Below the pieces are notes generated by a model, which saw nothing but the letters and a program-made list of their open reading frames with translations, ran no database searches and was not told the origin of the DNA. Positions 1 to 10,616 of a stretch of 18,491 bases of DNA are shown piece after piece. Made by a program: the position numbers and the translations under genes. Within the stretch, counting starts at the first letter, position 1. Each line of letters starts with the position of its first letter. Origin of the DNA: Fonticula alba ATCC 38817 (taxonomy: Eukaryota; Protista; Nucleariida). Where the stretch lies: assembly GCA_000388065.2 (NCBI GenBank), contig KB932202.1, one strand, 5' to 3'.

Positions 1-855
1 GGGGGGGGGGGCGGGGTAGACGCGACAGACAGGTCCGAGAGCGAGGGAGTGACTGGGAGAGACAGCGGGGGGAGAACACCCCACAAACAATAACAAATTC
101 TTGCCCAAGTCAAGAGAAGCTGCCCCCGAGCGCGGCATGCTGGCAGGCGTGTGGCGGCCCGCCCCCCCCCCCTCTACACACCTCTGCCCCCGCTCCAGCT
201 TTTTTCTTTTTTACCTTCGGCAGCCTGCCTCTTCCCGACCGCAAAAGCATCGGCCCGCTTTTGTGCGGCTGGATTCCCCCGCCCAAAAGGCGTGTGTGGT
301 GGTTATATGTGTGTGTCTTATTTTTGTTGTTCGCGCAGGGGAGAAGAACGCCTCAGCTGCCCGGGGTGGGCTCGAGGGGGGGGCGGGGGCGGGCCTTCGC
401 CCGAAGGTAGCCCCCGTGTTTTGTCAACGGGCCCCTGTGCGCAGATCACGCCCCATCACGCGCCCTCGCCCGCGGAACACGCCGCAGAAGTTGGTCCCGG
501 GCGGGGGCCGCCCTCCCGCGCCTTTGCGCGGCTCCGATGGCATCATGCATGTGCGTAGGGAGTACGTAACTCAAGGTGCGCGCATGCGTGCGCCCGGCGC
601 TCCATGACAATGTTCCCTCCCGCCGAATGTGCAGTATGCCGAACCCCGGGCCCCGGACGCGCGCGCGCGGGGGTTCGTACACGGCCAGGCGCCAACTGAC
701 CCTATCGGAAAATCGCGTCAAGCGCGGGCTTGTGCTTTTCCGAATTGTGGTTCGGGCGTCCTGCACCTGGCCCCACAATCGCTTGGGCAGAGGGGGCCCG
801 CTGGCCGGAAACCTTCGAAGGGGAGAATGTGCCCGCGCGATCCCGATCAGCGGGG

Positions 856-942
856 NNNNNNNNNNNNNNNNNNNNNNNNNNNNNNNNNNNNNNNNNNNNN
901 NNNNNNNNNNNNNNNNNNNNNNNNNNNNNNNNNNNNNNNNNN
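856..942. other. Assembly gap (N run)
   Basis: Run of N flanked by G runs. Confidence 0.95.
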
Positions 943-1760
943 GGGGGGGGGCGCAGGATCTGGCCTGCCGCCGGCTAGGCGGCCCTTGAAAGGGCCACGG
1001 GAGCGTGCGGGCCCGTGCGGCCTTTTGGCCGGCTCGGGTGTGTATTTTCCCGTCCCTTCCCCCTTACCTGTGCATGGATCTCTCTCTCTCTGTCTCCATC
1101 TCTCGCTCCACGGTATTGGTGTCAGATCCGGAAGCGAGACCCCTCCTCGGCCCTCCCTCCCCCTGCCTTACCTCCCCTCATCCGTCTGACATGGGCCAGG
1201 GCGAAACCACGGGGGCTCGCGGGTGAGGTGGCCAAGGGAGGGAGCTGCTCGGCCCGGCTCATATTGGAGCACTCAGGCGCTGCGCACACCGGGTGGTCGA
1301 AGATGGAAGGGGGAGGCTCCGCGAGAGGCAACTCCAGGCCCGCAGTCGGGGGCGCAGGAGGGAGGGACGGGCTTTGCCCAGGCGCTGGGCCGAGCCTGCC
1401 GGGCAGGACCGTACACGAGGCATGGCCCCCGTCCCGCCCCGCCCCCCCCTCCCTGCACATTGGGACCTTTGTTTACTCCCTTCCGGCGAAGTGTGTCAGG
1501 GCCTCTGCGGGGCATGATCATTTTTGACCGTCGGCCCCGGCACCTACTCCCCCCCTCGTTGCGGCAATCACCCTCGCTCGCTCGCTCTCTCTCCCTCCCT
1601 CTCTCTCTCTGCCGCGACGTACTCTCGCCTTCGCCTCCTCCCAAGCATCTTGGCTTCCATTCCCTCCTGCCTCCCAGCAAGACGCCTGTGTTGCTCTCGC
1701 TCTCGTTCTCGCTCCCATCCCCTTGCCCTGGCGACAGACGTTGGCTCTCCGAGGACTGGG

Positions 1761-2013
1761 GTGCGCGCACACAGACTCCCCCCCCCCCCCGCCTCTCTTG
1801 GGCTCTCCCCTGCCCTGCTGCCTCTACACGACTCTGGGCCGCTGTCTTCACGCGCTTGCCGGGCCCGACCCCATGCGTGTATAGCGTCTCCCACGCACCG
1901 ATCGATCGACCGCTCCGTGTCCGGGTGCGACCGGCAAGCGCCCTGGCTCGCGGAGCCTTCGCACTACCCCCCTGCGCATGCCGGGCCACTGACCGCCCCT
2001 CGCACCCAAACAG
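1761..2013 (+). other. 5'UTR intron of gene 1
   Basis: GGG/GTGCGC donor, C13 run at 1778-1790, CACTGAC branch motif at 1987-1993, first downstream AG (CAG) at 2011-2013. Confidence 0.6.
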
Positions 2014-2085
2014 CACCCGACCCGCTGAGTCCCCTCCTTTGTTGCGGCCCGCGCCCTGCCTGTGGCGGCTCTCACCCCACGCACC

Positions 2086-2288
2086 ATGAGCGTCGAACAG
2101 GCGGAAGACTCGCCTCACCACCACCATCCCCATCATCAGCATCATCAGCATCACCACCACCACCACCACCACCACCACTCTCAACAGCCGCACCAGCACA
2201 GCCATCGCCCGCCCCAGCATCACTCACACGAGACCGGCCAGGCCGCTGGCGAGCAAGGCATGTACTCCACCAACGGGGGCAAGGCCTC

Positions 2289-2348
<60 letters not shown>

Positions 2349-2397
2349 TGCGCAGTATCAGCACCAACAGCTACATCAGCAGCAGCAGCAGCAGCAC

Positions 2398-2432
<35 letters not shown>

Positions 2433-5400
2433 CCAACAGCAGCAAGGCTCGACCGCGGACAGCCTCTTGGCACGGAAGCGCGCGGTGGCCGGGCCGGCCC
2501 CCCTGCAGGCGAACTACCAAACCGGGCTCGGTGGCTCGTCGGAGGGGCCGGAGCCGGAGCCCTCCCGCGGGCGCTTTTCCTTCGAGCCGATGGGCACCGG
2601 CGAGCATGCCCCCACCGGGGGCGAGTACTTCCCCGCCGAGGACGCGTCGTTGGACCTGCCCAGCGCCGGGGCGGCCGGGTGGAGTGCCATCCCGGCGGGC
2701 GGCCCTGCTCCGACGCACACCCAGACCTACGGCGACTTGCAGCACCTGGGCCTGGGGCACGCGCACCCCCATCACCACCATTATGAGCAGCATCTCGGGC
2801 TCGGTGCCGGGGATTTGGCCCTGCCCGACGCCATGGTCCATGGCCCGGGCGCCTTTCACCACCGGCTGGACCCACTCATGATGGAGGGGCACACCCCGCG
2901 CGAGAAGCCGGCGCACTGGTTCAACGACGCCGGGGCCGGGACCTTCGGCCGGGCCGACGCGGACGCCCCCTTCCCGGGGTCCATTTTCTTCTCCAACGCC
3001 CATGAGGAGCACCACGGCGGGGCCGGGATGGGCGTCGCCCCGCCCCCCCCCGGCGACCATGGGCCTGCGCTGTTCGATGCCTACCTGACCGATGGCAAGG
3101 TCGACGCCTGGGCCACTTGGGACACCGGCGCTCTCAACAGCACTCGTGCCACGCCTCACCACAGCAGGTGCGCCGGAAGACGTGGCCTTCCGCCCGGCCG
3201 GCGGCCCCGGCCGGCCCCGGCGGCCGTCCTTGCTGGCGATCGGCCCCCCACCCGCCCTTTCGGCGGGGCTCGCGACCAGACACCGCTCTGGCGCCGGGTT
3301 TGGCGCCACTTCCCCGACATCGCATACTGACCTTCCCACGATCGACCGTGCCTCCGGCGGCTCGCGCGGGCCGGGGCGCCCCCGGCGCTGTATGGCTGCC
3401 CGGCTGGCGGCCACCTGCGACCGGCCCCTCGACCCGGGTCCCCCTGTCCGGCACTCGGGCGCTTGCATCGGCGCAACCCGCGCAGCCGGACGCCCTCCTC
3501 ACCGGCAAGCCAGCGTCGCAATGGCGCCGAGGGGGTGGCCGATGTGCAGGGCGACAGGCGCTCGGAGCGTGCTCCGACATCGGGCGACACCTCGGCCGAG
3601 GGACTCCCGCACCAGGGTTCGGGCGCGGCTCGCGGCCCGTCGGGCCACAGTCCTGCCCCCGGCGGAGCCCCATGCACGGTGCCCGGCGCGGCCGGTGGCC
3701 TGGACGAGGGTGACCCCGTCGCCGGGGGCGGCGAGTCCCAGGCTCCGACGCCATCGACGGTGTCCAGTCACGACACCGATGGCCGGGGCTTTGGTGGCGC
3801 GAGTGGCGACTCCAGCACCGGCGACCGGCCCGAGCCGCTGGGCCCCATGCTCATGTCCGCCACCGAGCCATGGTCTCTCGGGGGCTTGGGCTTCGACGAG
3901 CCCCTGGGACCGGGCGACAACCGGCCCGCGCCCGGGGCGGCCTTCCACCATCCGGCCGATGGCCACCTGCTGCACCGGGGCTCGAGTGCCGGCATGGGGG
4001 CCGACGATTCGATGGGCTATCGGTCGCGCACGCCCCTGCGCGAGGGGGGCCAGGGCCCGGCCCGGCCGGCCGTCGGCCCCTTCGGCCCGGCCTCCCCGGG
4101 GCTGACCTACCGCCAGCACCGCGAGAGCGACTACTACCTGATGCATGGTGGGGGGCTGCTTGCGGGGGAGGAGGCGGAGGAGCTCCAGGGCCCGGGACGC
4201 CCGGCGGCACCTGGCGATGCCTCGGCATCCCATCCCGGCGAGGCAGCCCACCACGAGGACCCGTTGGCGGTGCTGATGCATGGCCTGGCGCCGGCCAGTT
4301 CGGCCGCGGCCGGCGGCCGTCCGGCGCCCCACTATGACCCGTCCGGGAGGCTGCCTCACCGGTCGCCGGGCTTTCCCCAAGAGCAGCGCCAAGGGCCGGC
4401 CGCCGGCCAGGAAGCTGCCTCGGCCAGCGGGGGCCCCCATTCACACCAGCAGCCCGCGCACGCCCGCCATCCCCAGGAGCATGATCACCACCCGCACCAC
4501 CAGCACCATCACCACCAGGCCGTGCATTCTTCCGGACCGGGGGAGAGCCCCAGCAGCCAGGGCGGAGCTCAAGCCGATGCCCTGGGCCCGGGCAGGGGCC
4601 CGAAGCCTGTGGCAGGTCACCCGGGCCTGCGCCATGACCCGGCTCCGGGGCGGCACGCCTCGCCGGCCTTCGGCCCGGAGGGCCCGTACCTGGGCCAGGC
4701 GCCGCGCCACCAAGCCTTCGCCCACCCCATGGACCAGGCCGCTGGACGCCGGACGCCGACACAGCACCATGCCCGGCAGCCGGGCACGGGGCCATACCAC
4801 CACCCATGCGACCCGATCCCCGGCGGCGGCGGCGCCGGCGCCGGCGCCGATGGCGCATATGCCGAAGGTGTGAGCGAGTACTTCGCGAGCGCCGCCCCGG
4901 CCGAAAGCCCGGCCCTCGGGCCGGGGCCCAACCCCGCCGGCCGGGGAGCCGGGCCTCCGGAAAATCCCCCACCCTCCGGACCCAAGACCTGCCCGAAGCC
5001 GGGAACCGGGCGCCCGGCTGCCAGCGGGTCCTCCTCCTGCGAGTCGCTGCTGCTGGAGGCCGGCGCCCTCTTGGCCTCCGGGCGCGGGCTCCTCAACCCC
5101 GGCGCCGAGGACACGCCAGCGACCCGGCCGCCGCCCGGCGGCACCCCCGGCGCCCCGGGCCCCGGCAGTCAGCTGCTGCGTGCGGACCCGGGGCCCACCC
5201 CCGGTGCCGGGGGGGGGTCCACCTCCGACGATACTCTCTGCGGATCGAGCTCCGAGGAGTACCTGGCATGTGCGGCCGGGGGCCCGGGCGGGACCGTTGC
5301 TCGAGCGGCCGCCAACCCGGCCCCGGGCCAGGCACCTTCCCCCGGGCCGGTGCACCATCAGCCCCTCGACCCCCCCCATGCGCACGCCGGTCAGCCCCAG

Positions 5401-7515
5401 CACCCGCACCACCGGCACCAGCACCCGCATCGGCACCACCTCCGGCAGGCTCACCCCCTGCCGGGAGGGGGCCGGAACTCCTTCAACATGGAAGCCCCGG
5501 CCCCGGGCAGCAGCTCCTCCTTCGCCACCGAGGGCGACCCGTATGGCGGCGCCCCGAGACCGGTGGTCGTCTCGACGGCCCACGGCGGATGTGCGCACTC
5601 TGTCTCTCGCCCCCTTTGTCCCCTGCCTCTCTGTGTGGCTCTCGCTCGCGCGCGCCTTCTCTCTTTTGCACTCGCGCCCCCCCCCCCTCCGCCGGTGTTC
5701 TGGTGGGGCGGTCTCCCGGCCCTGTTTCCCCCCCCCCCCTGCTGGTGGCCGATCGCAGGCCCTGCTCTGTCCGAGAGCACGGACCCATGCAAAGATATTG
5801 ACATGACCCCAAACGCCGATGGATGCCTGTGCGTGTCAACGCGAATCCAGTGGCCCATAGTCCTCTTGGCGAGGGGGCGCCCACCCACGTGGGCGGTGGC
5901 GGCGATCCCCGTCTCGGTGGGAGTGAGATGCGCCCTGGGTCGGGCGGGGCCGCGCGCTTCCAGCACCTCCACCGCCATGGGCACCTCCCCCACCAGCCCG
6001 GCTCCTCGCCGTACTTTGCCCAGCGTGAGGTACACACCCACCGGGGGCACTGGCGCGGCGGCGGGGCGCCCATGCTTAGGGTGCCCTGCCGCTTGCCCCG
6101 GCAGTGGGCGATCGCTCGACCCCATCCTCCCCACCGCCCGCACTCTTGCTGACCCTCCTCCGTCCCGCTCCTCCTCCTCCGCCGGGCTCGGCTCTCGCCT
6201 CCTGTCGCGCCCGCCCCCCCCCCCCCCCCGCCTCTTCGGTGTGTGGTGAACCATGTCGATGGCGGCTGGCTGCGACCCATCGACGCCGGGCGGCCGGCTG
6301 TGACAACCCGGCTGGCCGTAGTTCACCGCCGTGTCGGCCCCCCTGCCGCCGTCAGACGCGGGCACAGCAGTAGCCGCCGGCGGCGGGAGCAGTCGCGAGC
6401 ACTTGCCCCCCATGGGCCATGGGTCTTTGCCGGTGGCGGGAGCGCATATGTCGGCGTTGAGCTCGGCCCTGCTCGGGGGCGGCGGCGGCTCGGCCTCGGA
6501 GAACCTCCACGCCATTGACCGGTCGGCATCCGGGCCGGATGCCCTGCCTCATGCGTCGCACCACCATGGCTCTTACCAGCATCACCTGCAGGACCACCAC
6601 CCCCAGCACCGGCAGGCACATGCCCAGCACCAGCACCAGCACCAGCACCAGCAGCCGCAGCAGCAAGGGCCGCCCGGGCCAGCGGGCCAGCCTACCTACC
6701 CCCAGCTGCCGCAGTTCCCGGCCGGTCCGAGCGCGGGCCCGCTGCTGGCCATGTACCACCACCACCACCACCACCACCACCAGGCCGCGGGGGGGTCCAT
6801 GGGAGCCGAGGGACTCGGTGGCCTGCCCGGGGGGGCCTGGGCCGGGAGTGAGCCCGGCATGGGCCCCATACTGGATGGCGAGGTGCAGCCCTTCTCGCAG
6901 CACCAGGCCCTCGGCGGGCCCGCCGGAAGTGGCACCCCCGGCAGCTGGCGAGACTTCCGCCACGCGGCCGGCTTGCTGGACACCTGGGTCCCGGGGGTGG
7001 GACCGGTGGCGGCCGCCGCGCGAGGCGGGCCTGGCCCGGCCGCCGGGCAGCCAGCAGCCGGCCTGGGCCCGGGGCGCGGCTCGTCGCCCTTCGTCACGGC
7101 GGATCAGCAGCCCCCCCCGGGCAGTGGCCCCGGCGATGGCGGCAACACCCGGGAAGGTGTCGCCGCTGGCGAGTGGCGGCGCGAGCAAAGGCCCCCGGGC
7201 AGTGGCGCCGGGCCGCCGGGCGGGTCGCATGCTCTCGGGTTCCATGTGTCGCCGCACCCGACGCGCATGGTGGCCTCGGTGGAGGCTACCGGCGGACGGC
7301 CGGGCGCCAGCCCCGGGCCCTGGGCGTCGTTCCCGGGCCCGGGCGACGCCGGGGCCGGCATGGCCTCGCCGGCCGCCGTGGCCATGCCCATCGTCCCGTC
7401 CGGAGCGGGCGGCCACCATGGCGAAGTCATCGTGGCCATCGACAACTCGTACGCCCGGCGGGCGGCCAGCGGCGGGCACTTCCTCGCGATGGCCGACGGC
7501 TCGGCCGTCGGAGAC

Positions 7516-7559
<44 letters not shown>

Positions 7560-9802
7560 CGGCGTCCTGCCCACGGCGCCTCAACTCCCGCCGGGGTCAG
7601 CGCCGATGAATGGCGGTGAGTACCTGCTGCACCAGCAGCCGCACCTCGCCGGCGAGGTCGAGCCCGAGCCGCTGGCACTGCTGCGCAGCTTGCACCCCTA
7701 TCTGCCTGGTGGGGCGGCGGCGCTGGCGGCGGCGGCCGCGGCGGCGGCCGCCGCCGCCCCCGGCTCCGCCGGCGTCAGCACCCACTCGACGCCGGGGCTG
7801 CTGGCCATGGTGGGCGGGATCCCCTCGCCGGGCGGCCTGGGGCCCGGGCTGCTGGACTTCAATGTGACCAGCTCGCCCGGGGCCGGGCTGGCCTCGGCCC
7901 CCTCGACCCCGGCCCCATTGGCCCCCGGCCCGGCCAAGAAGCCGGCCAAGCCCCGGCGCCGGAACAACCGCGATGGCGAGACCGCCACCCAGCGTGCGGC
8001 CCGGCTGGAGGCCGTGGCTCGGGCCCTGGCCGCCGGCGAGGTCCCTCCCGCGCCGCCGCCGCCGCCCCGGCCCCGAGCCCGGCGCGGCTTCGCCGCCATG
8101 GACCCGCAAAAGCAGCGCATGATCGCCAGCCGCGGCGGCCGGGCGGCCCAGCGCCGGGGCACCGCCCACCGGCTGACCGACGCCGAGCGCAGCCGCGGCG
8201 GCCAGCAGGCCAGCCAGAATGTCCAGCGCCTGAGCGAGTCCAATGCCGCGGCCCTGGCCGCCACATCATCGGCGCCCCTGCCGGCCGTCGGCTCGCTATC
8301 GACGCTGAGTGCGGCACGCGATGGATACGTTCCCCCGCCCTCCCCGCCCCCCCCCTTAAACACGCCTCTTCCTCCTCGTCTTCCTTTTCCTGGTCCCGAG
8401 CCATGGTGCCAGGTGCCGTGTCGTGTCCATTGCTCCGGCCCCTGCAAGAAGATCACACGATGGCGCGCCGGGCTCCGTGCAGCAGATGCCCGGCCCGGAG
8501 CCCTGTCCTCCTCAGCGGCCCCATGGCTCGCCCGTGCCTCTGCCCCGCCCCCCCCCCCCGCACGCGAACATGTTTATATGCCTGCCCGCGTGCGTATCTA
8601 ACCACCCCCTGATCGACGGGCTCCTGGATGTGGCCTCGCGCGCGCGCGCGCGCGTGCGTGTGTGTTTGCGTGTCTGTGGGTGCGTCGCCCGCACTCCCGC
8701 GTCTCCGGCCTCGGCCATGTCGTTCGTCCGGCAGCAGCAGCAGCAGCAGCCACCACAGCCCCTGCCCCTGGAGTACACCCCGACGGGGTATCGGCCCGGG
8801 CTGGGTCATTTCCCCGGGTCGGGCATCGGGGACTTGAACAACTCGACGGCCCTGGCGATGGCGGCAGCGGCTGCAGCCGCCGCCGGCGGTGGCGGCAGCA
8901 TGCCCGCCTTCACCAACAGCATGAACCCCCCTGGCGGAGGAAACACAAGTGGCTTGGGCCCCGGGCCCGGGCCCGGTGCCGGTGCCGATGAGAGCATGTG
9001 CGGCGATCCGCCAGCGCGTCCGGGCATGCTGCCCAGCCACTATCAGGCCCTCCTGCCCTCGGTGTCGGGGACCGGCGCCGGGGCTCCCCACCACGCGCCC
9101 TCGTACGGGCTGCTGTCCCATGGGTCCGGGTCTCCTCCCGGCGGGCGGACGGCCACCGCCTCGGCCCCCGCGGCTCAGGCCTCGCTGAGCACCCCCAGCA
9201 GCATGTCTGGCGTCCAGGCGGTGGCCATTCCCCCGATGGCCGCGAGGCTGGAGTTCGCCGCGGCACGGCCCCGTACCGCGGCCCTGGCCAGCGGCGCCCC
9301 GGCAGCCGGGACGCCCGGCATCCCGGCCCCCGGGTCCGCCTCAGCCATGATGCCGAGCCCAATGCCATCACCGGGCGTCGGCACCCCGCCGGGAGCCTCA
9401 GCTCGACTTGAGGATCCGGCGGCCGGTGCCCCGCACGGGTCGACCCCCGCCGGCGGTGCCGAGCTTGCAAGCGCGCTGCCCGCCATGTCGGCTGCGCCAC
9501 CGCCGCCGCCGCAGCAGGAGAGCCCCTCGATGCTGTCGCGCTCCGAGACCAAGACCCTGCCACTGGTGTCGCCCGGGCTGGCCGGCTCCCCGGGGTCGTG
9601 GGCCGCCTGCCAGGTCTTGCCGCCGCTTTCGCTTTCCTCCAGCAGCGAGGGCACCGCCGGCGACAGCGACATCCATGGGACCGGCCCCCATCCGCCGGTC
9701 AAGAAGCAGCGACTGCTCCAGGGCGACGTCCTTGGCACGGGGGCCGGAGCCGGGGCCGAAACCAGAACCGGAGCCGGGACCGGGCCGGGCGACAATACCT
9801 GA
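2086..9802 (+). CDS. Large low-complexity (poly-His/Gln/Ala, Gly/Pro-rich) protein of ~2146 aa with a KGG-repeat-like module and NLS-like basic patches; exons 2086-3167, 3486-5590, 5851-6029, 6322-8328, 8735-9802
   Basis: ATG in gcaccATG context with an in-frame upstream TGA at 2026. The four introns have matching phases (2,1,0,0). Exon sum is 6441 nt = 2147 codons, ending at TGA 9800-9802. The junctions read naturally (HHSS-RTPSS, TAHGG-LAHSP, FAQRE-FTAVS, ARDGY-QQQQQ). AATAAA lies at 9951. Joining of the last exon is the least certain part. Confidence 0.72.
2293..2445 (+). repeat. Coding CAG/polyGln tract: (CAG)17 followed by interrupted CAG runs
   Basis: Pure CAG run at 2293-2343, then His/Tyr-interrupted Gln runs. 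Confidence 0.95.
3168..3485 (+). other. Gene 1 coding intron 1 (318 nt, phase 2)
   Basis: CAG/GTGCGC donor, TACTGAC at 3325-3331, no AG until CAG ending at 3485. Splicing removes the in-frame TGA at 3328 and joins two large same-frame ORFs. Confidence 0.8.
5591..5850 (+). other. Gene 1 coding intron 2 (260 nt, phase 1)
   Basis: GTGCGC donor, pyrimidine and poly-C tracts, TATTGAC at 5796-5802, first following AG at 5849-5850. Splicing moves the frame into the His/Gly-rich exon 3. An alternative CAG at 5758 exists. Confidence 0.6.
6030..6321 (+). other. Gene 1 coding intron 3 (292 nt, phase 0)
   Basis: GAG/GTACAC donor, TGCTGAC at 6147-6153, C16 run, first AG after the branch motif is TAG ending at 6321. 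The phase matches the 6331 ORF frame. Confidence 0.68.
7519..7560 (+). repeat. Coding (GCG)13GCC polyAla tract
   Basis: Seen directly; encodes 14 Ala. Confidence 0.95.
8083..8211 (+). other. KGG-repeat (stress-induced YciG/Con-10-like) module within gene 1
   Basis: The translation RGFAAMDPQKQRMIASRGGRAAQRRGTAHRLTDAERSRGGQQA matches the family pattern as I recall it: RGFASMDPEKQREIASKGG..AH..GTAH.FT.EEAR.AG.KGG. Confidence 0.8.
8329..8734 (+). other. Gene 1 coding intron 4 (406 nt, phase 0), tentative
   Basis: Weak GTTCCC donor followed by a pyrimidine tract, ATCTAAC at 8596-8602, (CG)9 tract, first AG after the branch motif at 8733-8734. The phase matches the 8423 ORF frame. Confidence 0.5.
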
Positions 9803-9950
9803 AGCGGGCCCGCGGACGGCCGAGCGCGGAGCCCGCATACGAGGGGCTGGCTGTGTGCTGCCCCCCTCCCTTTCCCGGGCTTCAGGCTCATGCTATCACT
9901 GTGTCCTTTTCTCTCCCATTGCCCCGCCCCTTTCGGAAAGGGGGTGGCCC

Positions 9951-9956
9951 AATAAA
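9951..9956 (+). terminator. Candidate polyadenylation signal of gene 1
   Basis: AATAAA 149 nt after the stop codon, in sequence where AT-rich hexamers are rare. Confidence 0.55.
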
Positions 9957-10563
9957 ACCGGAGTCCCCCCGACGGAGCGCCAAGGGAGGCGGGGCGCGCA
10001 GGGGGGAGGTCGCGAGAGGGACAGTCTAGCCAGGGGGGGAGAGAGAGAGAGAGAGACAGGCAGACACGGAGGGAGATAGAGAGCGAAGAGAGAGAGAGAA
10101 CGGGGGGGGGGGAGAGAATAGCCAGTGGCGGGGGAGCTCACTTGAAAGTTGGAAGGAACACCCATAGCCGGGCCCCAAGGGCGGCCCGGAGTCGAGGGCC
10201 GAGGGGGGCTGGCCCGCATCGTTTTTCGCCAGTCACCCCATGGCGCGCCCCCCGCCCCCCCCCCCCCCCGCGGGGACCGGCGGAGTCAAGGACAAGACAA
10301 CAGAGCGAGTCTCGGGAGAAGACGGGCGAAGGAGCGGGCCAAGCCCGATGGAGGCCGGAAAGCGAGAAATGCACCAGGCAAGGGCAGGTACATGCGCATG
10401 TGCATGGGCGAAAAAGAATGGACACCCAAGTTGAGAGGCGCCCGGTGCGTCGCCGGGTTTCTTGACCGGGCCTGCTTGGTCCCGATCGACACGGCATTCC
10501 GGGGGATATTGGTTGTTTGTCGAGGTGCTTCCTGAAGCGTCCCCAGGACGGGCCCCTGGGGGG

Positions 10564-10564
<1 letters not shown>

Positions 10565-10614
<50 letters not shown>
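10565..10614 (+). repeat. Poly-G run (50 nt)
   Basis: Seen directly. Confidence 0.95.

Positions 10615-10616
<2 letters not shown>

Noticed and set aside
318-330. TATTTTTG resembling an Sm-binding site of an snRNA
   Set aside because: No other snRNA features. It is better explained as a pyrimidine tract before the CAG at 338.
5759-6249. Read-through of the 928-aa ORF (3463-6249) as a single exon
   Set aside because: It runs through pyrimidine and poly-C intron-like sequence. The alternative frame at 5851-6029 matches the protein's composition and both flanking splice phases.
8413-8601. Possible extra exon after the CAG at 8412 (VPCRVHCSGPCKK...)
   Set aside because: No strong branch motif upstream, atypical composition, and it ends in poly-C plus the CTAAC motif. 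It cannot be fully excluded as an alternative terminal exon.
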